Positions 1 to 11,313 of a DNA stretch of 64,000 bases are shown in pieces. This DNA is from Lama glama (Eukaryota). The first letter of the stretch is position 1. Every line of letters starts with the position of its first letter. A model generated the notes under the pieces. It was not told where the DNA came from. It searched no databases and was given only the letters and a program-made list of their open reading frames with translations. The stretch is from the NCBI GenBank assembly GCA_028534125.1, contig CM052816.1, forward strand, positions 76,944,001 to 77,008,000, in the 5' to 3' direction. The position numbers were made by a program, and so were the translations under genes.

Positions 1-389
1 ATTTTGGGACAGGTTAAAATGTAAAGGAACAGTATTAAGAGGCTACTTCCTGCTGTGACCAAGGCTGAATCTTCATAATTAACCCTATGTAAGATTAAAA
101 CATTGGTTTAATTTAGCCCATTGCCTGTCATTCTAATGGCCTTTATCTAGGTGTTAAATGTGCGGTTTAACTATGAAGAGACGTTACCAAAAAAATAGAC
201 CGATCAAATTCTGTGGTTTTTGACTTGCTTTATCTTCGTATGGCCTATATAATAAGCAGATGATAAAAGGAAATAAGATTTTGGCAAGGCTTTGTTTCTG
301 TTCAATTTTACCACTGTATCAGAAACTGATATAATTTAGTATATACACTAGAATTATTAACTGTGTATAATAGGATAGGGAATAGAAAC

Positions 390-650
390 CAGGGAGTGAC
401 TATCAATGGAGTCACTGTATCTTTGGAATCAAGCAGTTATCTTTTTAGAGGTGTGGTTCTGGACCCAAACTCATATGACATTTTTTATCAATGACTAATA
501 CTATGAGAAAAAACAGTCATTCATACAGTAAATGAAACCTAATTGGGAAATGAAAACTAAGAAGAGGAAGTCACATTTTCAATGACCAAATTAGAATCAA
601 AATGACCAGGAAAATTGGAGAAGTAGTAAGAAGTAAACAAAATGAGTAAG
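390..650 (+). mobile_element. CR1/L3-like LINE remnant (RT region), highly diverged
   Basis: gactatcaatgg...ggttctggacc...catttttatcaatgact...tcaaaatgacc resembles the recalled L3 RT-region consensus. Confidence 0.4.
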
Positions 651-799
651 ACATGGAGTGGGCTAAAATACACAGGGAAGAAAAACAAGTTTCAAAAAGA
701 GGAATGGCAAATTTAGAAGATAACAGAGATTTTAACAACAAGCTAAGATCAAGAATATAGTGTTACTGTTAAAAAGCAAACATAACACGTATTTCTACT

Positions 800-1000
800 A
801 AAATTTACCTAAATTCCTTCCTAAATGAATGTCATCTGCAAACACCAAGAACTTGTTCTTTTTACCAGAAATGCCATTCATCTTAAGAACAAATGTGGAG
901 AACATAGCCAACTGAAGGACTGAGATAGTAACAGAGGAAAAAACTAGCTTCATTTTAAGATGAAACTTACATCTTGGAGAAAGATTTTTTTTTTTCTCCT
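800..1000 (-). mobile_element. Ancient non-LTR retrotransposon RT fragment (CR1-like)
   Basis: Minus-strand translation SVLQLAMFSTFV...FLVFADDIHLG parallels GSVLGPxLFNIFINDL...KFADDTKLG; FADD at 831-842. Confidence 0.45.
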
Positions 1001-2099
1001 GAAAGCGATGGGGTAATTGAATAATCATTTTAAAATAGGAATATGTATAGTTATAATATGAAAAGCTATTAGATTAAGGCTCTTGTGTACCCTAAGTAAT
1101 TTAAAAGTGGATTAGTTGTACTCAACTTTCTTGGAAGACTGAAAGAGAAAATGATGTTAAACTGTTCTGGGAAAGAATTAATTTAGAGTAGGTAGGAATT
1201 TTTTAAATGACATAAAAAAAGGTGGGTTGAAAATTGGAACAATTCTAAGAATCTGGTAGAATTTCCATTGATCGATTTCTGCTTTTCTAAAATGGTAAAA
1301 CATGATACATGAAGAGATAAAGTACAAAAATTTTAATGTCCTAGCCAGACCTCAAGTATTGTGATTTTTGCCTTAGGCTGTAACTAGAATAAATAATTTG
1401 CTCCAAGACTTAAAAGCTAGATGAGAGGGAGCAAGTTTGTTGTTATTAAAATCACTGCTGGTAATATCAAGTGACATTTTTTAAAAAGTACTCTAATTGT
1501 GTTGCTTGCTTGAATCTAAGAGCAGTATTAGCAGCGGATATCTGATTGCAGACCTAGTAAGAAGAGGACCTGGAATATACAGAAGATAGTATCCTAAGGA
1601 AGTGGTGTTCCTCTTATTTTTCTGATGATGTTACTCTATGTTGCTTTTCTTTTTCTTTTTTAAAATTTTACTTATCTTAAAACTGGTATGAATTACAGAA
1701 CATTTAAAAAGTACAGACAAGCAAACAAGCACAAAAACCGTATGTTTAAATCTATCACTTAAAGAAAGTTAACATTTTAATGTACATCTCATTTTTCTCC
1801 ATACAGACATGTAAATATTTCATAAAGTATACTTTTAATTTGATATGTATTTTAAGTGTTTATAAAAAGAGGGAACTTTGTAATCTCTTCCTTGATTTAC
1901 TATTATGAACATTATTTCCCATAATGGGTCGTCATTTTTAAAGGCTGCAATAATTTGCATCATCTCTACCTTTGGTCATGTAAGTGTTTCCAATTGTTCC
2001 CTATTGTTAACGACTGCAATTAGTTATCTCCAAATATTGTTTGTTTGTTTAAACAGCAAAAAGAGCATTGAAACAAAGAAGGAATCCAGGGCATTTACT

Positions 2100-2230
2100 C
2101 GGCTAACTCATTATTTATTGAACACTTATTTATGCTGGACACTGCATTAACTGGGAGCTGGGAAAAGAGAGGTAGTTAAGGCAATATCTCCACTGCTAAT
2201 TAACTTCCAGTTCATGGACTAGAAAAGACA
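2100..2230 (-). mobile_element. L2 3' end fragment
   Basis: tcattatttattgaacacttatttatgctggacactg matches the antisense L2 3' terminus. Confidence 0.5.
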
Positions 2231-3179
2231 TGCGTTAAGGAATAGGAGGCGACACATCACTTACCCCTCTCTTTAAAGTTAATTTTGTTTAAGAGAAAGT
2301 TGCTGGATCAGGGGCCAGGTGTATCTATATTGATTAAAGTCTCTACATTCAATAATTGTTAGGTTCATCTATAAAAAATATTAATCCACAACATTTTCAT
2401 TAGCCACTGTTTCAGGAGCTACACAGACGGAACACCCGGACACAGCCCTCAGCAGCTTCTCCTCAGTTCCAGGCAGAGAAGAAACCCTCTCCCTGGGCCT
2501 CCCGGCGCCCGCGCGTGCGCGAGAACAATCCCACCCACCACCAGGGACCACCACCCTGCACTCCGACTTCTGCATCCCGTTCTCGGGTACTGCGCCAGGC
2601 GGTCAAAAACAAAACTTCCAACCGACCACTTCCACTTAGAGAATCCAGCCTGGCTGAGTGTGGCTTTGAAGAGCAAGTGCAAGGCTGCTTAGCACAGCGG
2701 TCAGAAGGAGGTTGGAAAACAAACTTTGTTACACGTTAACTTGGTTGGAGCAAAGCGACTCTAGGAAAGATTTAGTTACGTTAAAACTGCGCAGTTTTTT
2801 TTTTTAATAAAAATCGTTTTACTTGATGAATAGGAAGAGGGGCTGTCTATCTCAGGGCTTGAAAACAATCAGGAGAATCATGCAGGATGGTTTCAGCAGG
2901 TGGCCAGCCCGGCGCATCCCTGCCTCCTCCCACCTCGCGTCGGTTTTGACCACGGTTTCCGCGGCGGCTGGAGGGGAAGCATCTTCCACGCTGCAAACTC
3001 ACATCAATGGGATTCCCCTCGTGGGAAATGCCCCCTCCCAGCAGACGTGCTCCGGGAAGGCCGGGCGCGTCGCCGCGCCCTCTGGCTCCGGGACGGGCGG
3101 GCGGGCGCGCGCGACGCGAGCTCCATCCGGACCCCGAGTCGGCACCGCGCACCCTCCGAACTAGGAGCCGAGGCGGCGC

Positions 3180-3322
3180 CACCCGCCGCCCTCCGCCTAC
3201 CGCCGCCGAGGGGCGGGGGAGATGCCGCGGGGGGCGGGCGCGGCGCGCGGGGAGGGGAAGGGGTTCTCGCGCGATTGGGCGAGGTTTCCGGTGTTGTGAC
3301 TGAAATCCGTCAATATGGCGGC
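3180..3322 (+). promoter_or_regulatory. TATA-less core promoter: GC boxes, TCTCGCG-type motif, inverted CCAAT, ETS site, YY1 site over ATG
   Basis: gggcgg at 3211 and 3232; tctcgcgcga 3265-3274; attgg 3274-3278; tttccggt 3285-3292; caatatggcggc 3311-3322. Confidence 0.65.
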
Positions 3323-3363
3323 GATCGGCCGCGGCCGCTCGCTGAAGAACCTCCGAATACGAG
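3315..3363 (+). CDS. RICTOR: RICTOR coding exon 1 (aa 1-17 partial, MAAIGRGRSLKNLRIR-G)
   Basis: ATG in caatATGg context (A at -3, G at +4); 49 nt; donor G|gtaagt at 3364. Confidence 0.97.
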
Positions 3364-3532
3364 GTAAGTCTGCTGCAGCCCTCAACCCCCGCCGCCCGGC
3401 GCCCGTCACCCCTGCACTTGCCTCCCCTGGCCCTGGACTGGGGGAGCGAGCCAGGGCGCAGGCTGGAGCCAGGGCTGCCGCCGCTGGCCTGGGAGCAAAT
3501 CCTAATTGGGGCTGTGTGTCTGTTTCGCGCAG

Positions 3533-3580
3533 GGCGGAATGACAGCGGCGAGGAGAACGTCCCGCTGGATCTGACCCGAG
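3533..3580 (+). CDS. RICTOR: RICTOR exon 2 (GRNDSGEENVPLDLTR-E)
   Basis: Acceptor tgtttcgcgcag|, branch-like cctaat at 3501-3506, 48 nt, donor |gtaacg; phase 1-1. Confidence 0.97.
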
Positions 3581-6009
3581 GTAACGCGGGGCGCCGCGGG
3601 CGCCGGCGAGACGTCCTACTGGGGAGGAGCCGGGGGCTGGGGGCCAAGGGCCGGGGGCAGGGGCGGGACCCGCGCGGGACCCGCGGGGGTGCGGGAAGCA
3701 GAACCCGAGCCCCGCCTGCCGGCCCACGGGAGCCGAGCCCGGGGCCGTCTCCCCAGCCCCATCCCCCTTCCCGGTGCCCGCTTTCGTCGCCCCGAGCCCT
3801 TCTCCGGGCTTCTGGGTGCTGCGGGTGCCGGGAAACACCGAGCGGGACTCCGCGGAGCCGGCGACCCTCAAGGGTCTCTAGACCCCCGAGGCAGTGTTGT
3901 CCTCCTATCCCGGAGGAGGATTCGTGCAGCCGAGTCCCGGGGGCGGCCAGAGTGGGGTAGAGGCTGTTATTTAGGTTGCCGGAGGATGTCTGAGGGAAAA
4001 GCGACCACATCCTGTCCTCCCCGTCCCCCGGAGCCGAAGCCGGACCTACTGGGTCCTGGCTGACTACGTGACTGCTTGCTTTTCTCTTTGCCCACCGCCC
4101 TGAGGGACCCTTAGCATTGATAACTCCGTAGTGAAACCTAAAACCCGTGATTTTTGCTAAGTGTCTAGTTTACGCTGTATTTCGCTCCTGTTTTCCTTTC
4201 CCGGGCCGATGGAACTGTAGTTGGCAAAGACCGCCCCCTCACCCTCTCTGCAGGTTCATTGTTTACCTTCTGCAGGGGCGATGGGTTTGTTTACACCTTC
4301 GGAACTGGGTAAACCCTGGTTATATATTCTTAAAGACCTAATCCGGTTACTGGCCAGTATATCTTCTATCAGTCACCATACTGGAGTTTATTTCGATGGT
4401 ATCTCGCTGAAGATTTAGTGGTTATATACAGGGTTTTTCTTTTCTCTTCCACGGTAAACAAGATTTGGTCTATTGATTCCGAAGAAGTCGTATTTCACAC
4501 CAGTTGCAGTGTAAAGAGTGTAACCTGATTCAGCTGTACAGAATCAGTTTCCTTTTTGAGATCTGAAAAACACTTTAGGAAGTTACAAAAGTCGTTTTAA
4601 ACATTCTCTCAGTTTTAGCCTACGTTTTACTTGACGTAATGACTTATCTACAGTATTTGTTAGACGCGGGCTCATTGTTGAGGCTAATCTCTATAGTTAA
4701 AGCATAACTCGTTCTCTGTTTTATTTTGTATATCATAATGTAAGATTACTGTTTTATAAACTAGAAGGCTAATTTTCATTTAGCTACAAGAGGACATTTT
4801 TGTAACTTTTTTTTTGAAAGTTCAGGGACTGTTTTGGGTGAACTGGGTCCTTTTACAGGCAAAGAGTTTCTAAAATATGATAAGGGCTTAAGTAATAAAA
4901 ATTGCAACTAGTTAGATCACTAATGCACTAAATTAGAACATTTTTCAGCAGATAGGGTTTGACTATTAATGTAGGAAGATGTAAAACTTTTGATTTTTGT
5001 GTAACACTTTGGAAACTTGACGTGTATAACACACATATGAAAAGCCTATATGAAATATATGTTGGAAAAGATTTTGTAGTAAATTTCCTAACAAAATAAG
5101 CAAAATTTGCACAGGGCTCAATATAGCACTTGAGTTCTGTAACAGATGTAGTTTTAGTGATTTAATTTATATACGTGCATATATGTTTTAGATAGATCTT
5201 GAGTCTAATCTGTACATTAAAAACCTATTTAGTTGTGGTGGTAGAAATAAGTTATAGTTGTGCTTTAAATTGACTTTGCTGAGCTCCTACATATAGTGGT
5301 TTCTTTTTGGTGTCAAATTTTGGGTAGTAAAACCTTATGTACAAATTTGATTTGATATCTTTGGTTTACTCCAATTTTACTCAAGTACCCAGATAAGTGT
5401 ATATTTACTATTTGAAATGCTGTATTTCCTGAGCATTTAGTAAACACCGTGTTTCTGGGATAATACAAAAAGTGCAGGAAATGCTTTTTCTGCTTGTCCT
5501 GACGAAGTGTATTTCAGTTTAGAATGAAATATACACAGCTAATTGAAACTGACTGCAAAAGCAATACATGATTAAGAGTGAGAGGGTATATGAGAACTAG
5601 ATTCTAAATCGTAAGGAAGTTTCGAATAAGAAAAGTAATCTCAGATTCATTGTATAGTGACTGTTGTTTGAGAAATTGCTATTCTGACAAACATTTCATT
5701 GTTAAAAGATGGCTTGTGGATCTAACATGAAGATTCTTGAGGAATTAAACTTCAGTAATCATTTGAGAACAGTGGGGCAGTCTGGGTTACAGCTGAAGGG
5801 CAGCTGTTTGTGGATTGGATTACGGCATGTTTTAGATAAAGTTTGGGTAACTGAAAAACATTGTGTTTAATGCAGTGGCAGTGTTTGCTCTCATTCTCAT
5901 TATTTTTATGTAACTTTTGAGAAATTTATTGTTTAGCTGTTTAGTAAAGTTCATTATGAAATAGAAGCCATTGTCATTGTAATTCCTGAAGGAACCCTCA
6001 ATATATAAT

Positions 6010-6262
6010 GAAAGAGAGCAGACTGTAAAGTCAAATAGTTCTGAGTTGTAATCTCAGCTGATACTTAATAGTTAGGCGATTCAGGGCAGGTTACTTGACC
6101 TTGATTAACTCTTGGCTTCTTCAGCTCAAAAAAAAAAAAAAGAGATTAATTTCAAGTTACTCTCAAAGGTTGTTAAGAATGTGAAAAATAAATGAGCTAG
6201 TGCTTAAAGTACTCAGCACAGGACCTGATACTTTGTGAGTGATATTAACCAAATGTTAGTTG
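6010..6262 (+). mobile_element. MIR SINE
   Basis: ctgagttgtaatctcagct...gggcaggttacttgacc...aaagtactcagcacaggacctgatac...aaatgttagttgct, matching MIR core and tail. Confidence 0.65.
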
Positions 6263-6544
6263 CTTTCGTACATTATGAAATCAAAATTATATCACATTTA
6301 AAATATTTCAAATGATTGTTTTGAATATTATAAACTTGTTAATAAGGAATTATGGTATTAAACCTTTCAGTTTTTTGAGACATACTGTTAATTTGGTATA
6401 GTCTATCTGAAGTAGAGTTCTTTTTTTAATTTATTAAAAAAGCTTCAAAATAGACAAAGTTAAATGTATATAATATAATGAACTGCCATGTATTCCCCCA
6501 TCACTTAGTTTGTTTCCTTTCTGCCCTCACTCCAACTGTGATCA

Positions 6545-6600
6545 TTTTTTCTTCCAGTTTAATTGAAATAGAATTGACATACAGCACTGTGTACGTTCTT
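6545..6600 (-). mobile_element. Very short cetartiodactyl L1 3' end
   Basis: ttttcttccagtttaattgaaatagaattgacatacagcactgtgta resembles the antisense artiodactyl L1 3' terminus. Confidence 0.5.
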
Positions 6601-7449
6601 GAATATAACAACTGTAAAAAAGTAGTATGTGACATTACTAGTATTAGGTCTAAGCAATGAATGATCTGTTATAGTACCTAAGATACTGTTTCCCCTAAGA
6701 TATTTTATTTAATAGAATTTGGAATTTTTCTCCCTGATTCCAGAAATTTCCTGGTAGTAATGACTTGGAGCTTGACTAGCCTTGCAAACTTCTTGAAGCC
6801 CAGGAGAGTTTTAAGGTTTTTCGGTTTTCATATTGATGTTAGTGCTAAGGCCTAAAGTGCTTCAGTTAAAATTGTTTATGGATTAATTTTAATCTCATTC
6901 CGGAACCTCATTGTAGTAGATCTGACAGTCAACTTACTGGTAATTGATGCTTTCAATTCTGTTCAGAAAACTGCTCTACTTATCATTGTGAAAGTCCCTC
7001 ATATTTGCTATTGATATAATTAAATACTCTCTGTTTTGCATGCCAGAATTTATTTTGAAGCTGAAATGCTTCCCTTAACCACTTCCACTGCAAGGATAGT
7101 CTATTTTATTGATCTAGGAGTGCATCTTTTCCTGGTACTGAATAACTTGAAGAGACACAGAGTATTCCTGTGTAAGCCCTTCCTAGTATAATTTTATTGT
7201 GTTCAAGGTGAATTCCCAGGACATGGAAACACCTAGTTCAAATATAACTATTAGAATATGATTTATTTTTAAGTATTGAGTTTTATATTTTTTGATTATC
7301 CAACTTTTACTCTTCTGTTAGTAGGAATAAAAAAATTGACTGCCTTATTTGCTATTTAATAGTTAGAAAAGTAGGAAGGTTATCTGAATGATGCAGATTT
7401 GAACACTGTCTTTTTGTTTTTTGATTTCTTCCAGTTAGATTACTCATGT

Positions 7450-7900
7450 TGTTTAATCACTCACTTCAGTTAGACAAAACAAACATTGACTGTCTTTTAT
7501 ATATTAAATGCTGAATTAAGTGCTGGAGGAGTAAAAGAGGAAGATGTTACCCCCTTTTTAGGAGTTTACTGAAACAAACATAAAGAAGTGATTGCAATAT
7601 GGAACAATAAGTAATCAAACTGTACAAGGAACAGAAGTAGCCTACAGGAGAGAATGATTAACTCTTTGTTAGGTAGAGGATCAGAGAAGGCTTCACAGAA
7701 GGGTTGGCTTCTCATAAGAATAGTGGTAAACATAGTGGAAAGAAATGTGGGCTCTCAAGAGGATATCCCACTCCTTGGGAAGGGTAAAGTCTGTAGGAAG
7801 AGGAGCTGCTCTGGGGGCCACTGATAGAATCTAAGATGATGAGGCACTAGACCAGGGTATTAGAGACAGAAATAAAGTTGAGTATATATCGAAATGGAGG
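7450..7900 (-). mobile_element. L2 fragment
   Basis: aaacattgactgtc...gtgctggagga...tcagagaaggcttcacagaagg are typical antisense L2 words. Confidence 0.5.
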
Positions 7901-8509
7901 AATCAACTAGTTTGTTTTCAGATTCCACGACTTTGGAATCCTCCTGCTGTGTACAGAGAATGTTTATTTCTTTATTAAGAAGATAGAATCTCTCTAATGT
8001 GAATTTCCTTGTATTCTTCTGTTTGTATTTCACCTGTACTTAACCATCTGTCTCCCTGAGTCAGAGAATATAGCATCTCTCTTCATTTCCAAGGCAAACC
8101 TGAAAAGGAATTTTATGCTCCTAATACCATTTCCCCTAAGGTTCTTTGTAGAACTAAGATCTCATGCTTCTTCATTTCTTCCTTCCTTTGCCTCAGTTTT
8201 CTCACATTTGGCAAACATTTGTTGTAGTCTTCATATGGATCAGGTACTGTGCTAGGCATGGGATGATGGTGAGCAATGTGGAATGGTGAAGATAAAGATT
8301 TCAAAACAGTTGTTTTTTCTCTGGCTCTACATACAGAATAGTTTATCCTCACTCCACAGCTTTCTTCCTTAACTGGTAGTCGTGTAAGCACAGCTCTCTC
8401 CCTGTACTGAAAATCCTTTCTTAAAGGATGCTAGTAAAATGTTTTATCTCATGTAAAATTCATTGGCATTTTTAAGCTCCCCATTCTATTATTAGTACTA
8501 CTACTGTAT

Positions 8510-8705
8510 TAATAGTATTGTTCTAGGCGCTGAAATATATTATTTTACTTAATCTTCAACAATTCTTTAAGGTACTGTTATTATCCTTATTTTACCGTTG
8601 AGAATATAGGCTTTAAAATCTAACGGACTGAAACTCAGAAAGGTAAGTAATTCAGCCGGGTAACAGGGCTAGTGGGTGATTAACTGCAGATCGTGCACTC
8701 CTGAT
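8510..8705 (-). mobile_element. MIR SINE
   Basis: ttaatcttcaacaattctttaaggtactgttattatccttattttac...actgaaactcagaaaggtaagtaattcagcc. Confidence 0.65.
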
Positions 8706-8739
8706 TCTTTTCCCACCGCTCATGCTATTCCTTTTCTGT

Positions 8740-9900
8740 TTACTGACTGGTCTTCTAGCTCTTTAAGCAAGTGTGCCCTAAGATTCTGTCCTTGATTTTC
8801 TTTTTTCTCTCTTATTGGTGCTGTCTCCCTGGGCAACCTTTTCACTCATGGTTTCAAAATCCATGAGTTGAGATGGTTACGATAATTACATTTTTATTTA
8901 GATGTTTTCTTCTAAACTTGCAAAACGTATTAGCATATGTGCCTGGTAATCATCTTAGAGTCGTGGTGCGTAAAGTTTTGCACCCGGGGCTTACTCACTT
9001 TTCACTTTCTAGGTACCACCACCACCGTCCTATGTTATTCAAGCTGAAGACCTACTGCTCATCCTCTTCGTTCATTTGCCTTGTTCCTTCAGTTTGCCTC
9101 TGAAATATCTATTGAATCCAATCGCTGTTTCTGTTCCCATTGTCATTGTTCTAGTTCACATCCTTATTATATCATTTGGATGATAGTAAAATATTCTTTT
9201 CTCTCACCCTTTTTCACTCTTTCTGCTGTGTGATTGCCAGGATTATCTCCCTGAAACCTAGATCTGATCTTCTCATTACCATAAATTAAAAGAAAAAAAC
9301 ACTTGCACACTCACTAACTCTTTACAGTCTCATTTTTGCTCATAGAATAAAGTCCAAATTCTCTAGCTTTGTATTGAAGGTCTTTGATGATATATTCCAC
9401 AATTACTTTCTTCTGTACTATTCTCAATCTATCTGCCTGTCTGTATAGTTCACTTGTGTAACACACCTCCCTCCCTTCTTTACACACAATGCTTCCCGAA
9501 GAGGGTTGGGAGGGTTTGCTGTCCTAAAGCACCTACCTTCCCATTTCTATTCTTTTCCCTTAGAGATTGTGTTATGCCCCCAGTTGAGAATCCTTGCTTT
9601 AGTCAAAGATGACTGTTTGTTATTCCTTGCACATGGCATGCAGTTTCTATTTACTTGACCTTGCATAGGTTGTTTTCTCTGCCTAGAATTCCATTTCCAG
9701 CACTCTTTAAAGGAATCCTAATTCTTTAAGGTCTAGTTCAAATGCCATTTCTAGAAAAATCCTTCCTTATCATCCCAGTGGGAATTCATTACTTCCTCCT
9801 TTACTTTTCCACATCTTTGTTTATTCCTTTTTGACTATCACTTACCATTGCCTTATTTAAGTTCTTTGTTCAGTTCTTCTCTCACTAGATCTTGTTTCTT
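8740..9900 (+). mobile_element. L2 fragments (sense)
   Basis: Pyrimidine-rich L2 words: cactcatggtttcaa, gccaggattatc...agatctgatc, agaataaagtccaaattctc, aaggtctagttcaaatgccattt. Confidence 0.55.
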
Positions 9901-9949
9901 CTACGGCGTATATCATGTAATTATAACCGAAAGAATTAGTGTAAGGAAA

Positions 9950-10430
9950 AATGGAGAGATGAGAAAAGGAGTACATTATTAAGGAGAGTAGAAGTAAAAA
10001 AGTATTTTAAGTTTGCAGATCTGAGGGACAGTGAAAGTGATGGTGCCATGAAATGGAGAAAACGTATTAGAAGAGATGATAATGAGTTCAGCTTTACAAT
10101 CTGAGTTTCAGGTGATTGACTCTGTCAGAGATGTATAAGAGGCAGCAGCAAATGCTGGAATGGATGTTTTTGTGGTTGTTCTGAACTTGTGATCTGATTG
10201 TTAGCTGCTTAGGGCCTTGAGAGAGGGAAGAATGTAAATGGAAAAAGAGCTGAAGATTTGAATGTTAGAGAGTAAGCGGATGAGAGTATATGTATAGCCT
10301 CGAAATCAGTAAGAAGATAAGGGCCAAAAAAAAGAGAGGCCAGTTAAAAATTAGCAAGATTATGATCTTTGAAGCCAAAAGGAGTGTTTTGGGTTGAAGG
10401 GACTGCCAGACTATAGCACTGAAGGTGGGG
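9950..10430 (-). mobile_element. L2 fragment (antisense)
   Basis: gatggtgccatgaaatggag...gataatgagttcagcttt...gaagccaaaaggagtgtttt. Confidence 0.5.
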
Positions 10431-11313
10431 TCTTCCTCAACCCAATTCTCTTGACCTGAGGATGATTTTGGCATGCTGTTTAACCTCTCTGGGCTTCAGT
10501 TTCCTGATCTCTGAAATGCATCCTACTTTACATGCATAGCACTTTCACCTTCTGTTTTTGTGATTCTCGGATATTACCATGTTTCTGGGATATTGAAAGG
10601 TAAAAGAGGAAGCCACGTTAAGTCACTTGTTAAATTACTATAAGAAAGATTCCCATAAACAGCAATGAATACATGTAGGAGTATGGTGTTTAATAGCACT
10701 TTAAATGTAAATTATAGTCAACTCTCAATTTCCTTTTAAGTGATCATCTGCAGTGACTTGCTGCCTCCTCCCCCTCCCAGGTCTCAGGCTACTGAAAATA
10801 GGGCTGTGAAAAGCACAGTGGGGTGAGTGAATGGTTTGCATGCCTGTGTATCTGTACCTCTGACTGTCACCAAGCTAAATGCAGTCCACTCTCAGTTACC
10901 TGCACTTAAAAAAAGGTGAATAATTGTAGAAGAGTGCTTAATATATAATCTAAGTAGCATTATTTGTATGAGGCTTGGGAAGATTTTGTATTCTTTCCTC
11001 CCCTACAATAGATTGATGTATCTTTTATTTGAGTTATTAGCTTCAATTTTTATTTCCTAAGCAAGTACTCTTAGAATAGTGGATGTAAACAGGCTAAAAT
11101 ATTTATTAGGTAATTCACATATGAATAATTGAGAGTTGACTGTTAATGCTTTTTGGATCATCCATTGTTTTGTATTATCTGTGCTTTTTTGTTAGTGTGG
11201 CCAGGTTAAAGTTGAATAGCTACTTTAAAATTATGCTGCTGGACGAGTGTACTTAGAAAATTATACAGATGCCAAACTAAAATGAGAATAATTATGTAAA
11301 ACTAGCTAAATAT

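Larger units (their letters stand above)
2420..4230. promoter_or_regulatory. CpG island covering RICTOR promoter, exons 1-2 and start of intron 2
   Basis: Abrupt shift from AT-rich to very GC- and CpG-rich sequence; core about 2900-4060; short AT-rich break near 2750-2830. Confidence 0.92.

Noticed and set aside
2381..4063. Long overlapping ORFs in the CpG island (e.g. 2847..4010 minus, 387 aa; 3197..3871; 3418..3960)
   Set aside because: Stop-codon scarcity in very GC-rich DNA gives R/G/P/A-rich low-complexity products with no recognisable domain. Only the exon 1 and 2 segments are real.
4632..4639. CRE-like TGACGTAA in intron 2
   Set aside because: Single 8-mer outside the island core, unsupported without conservation data.
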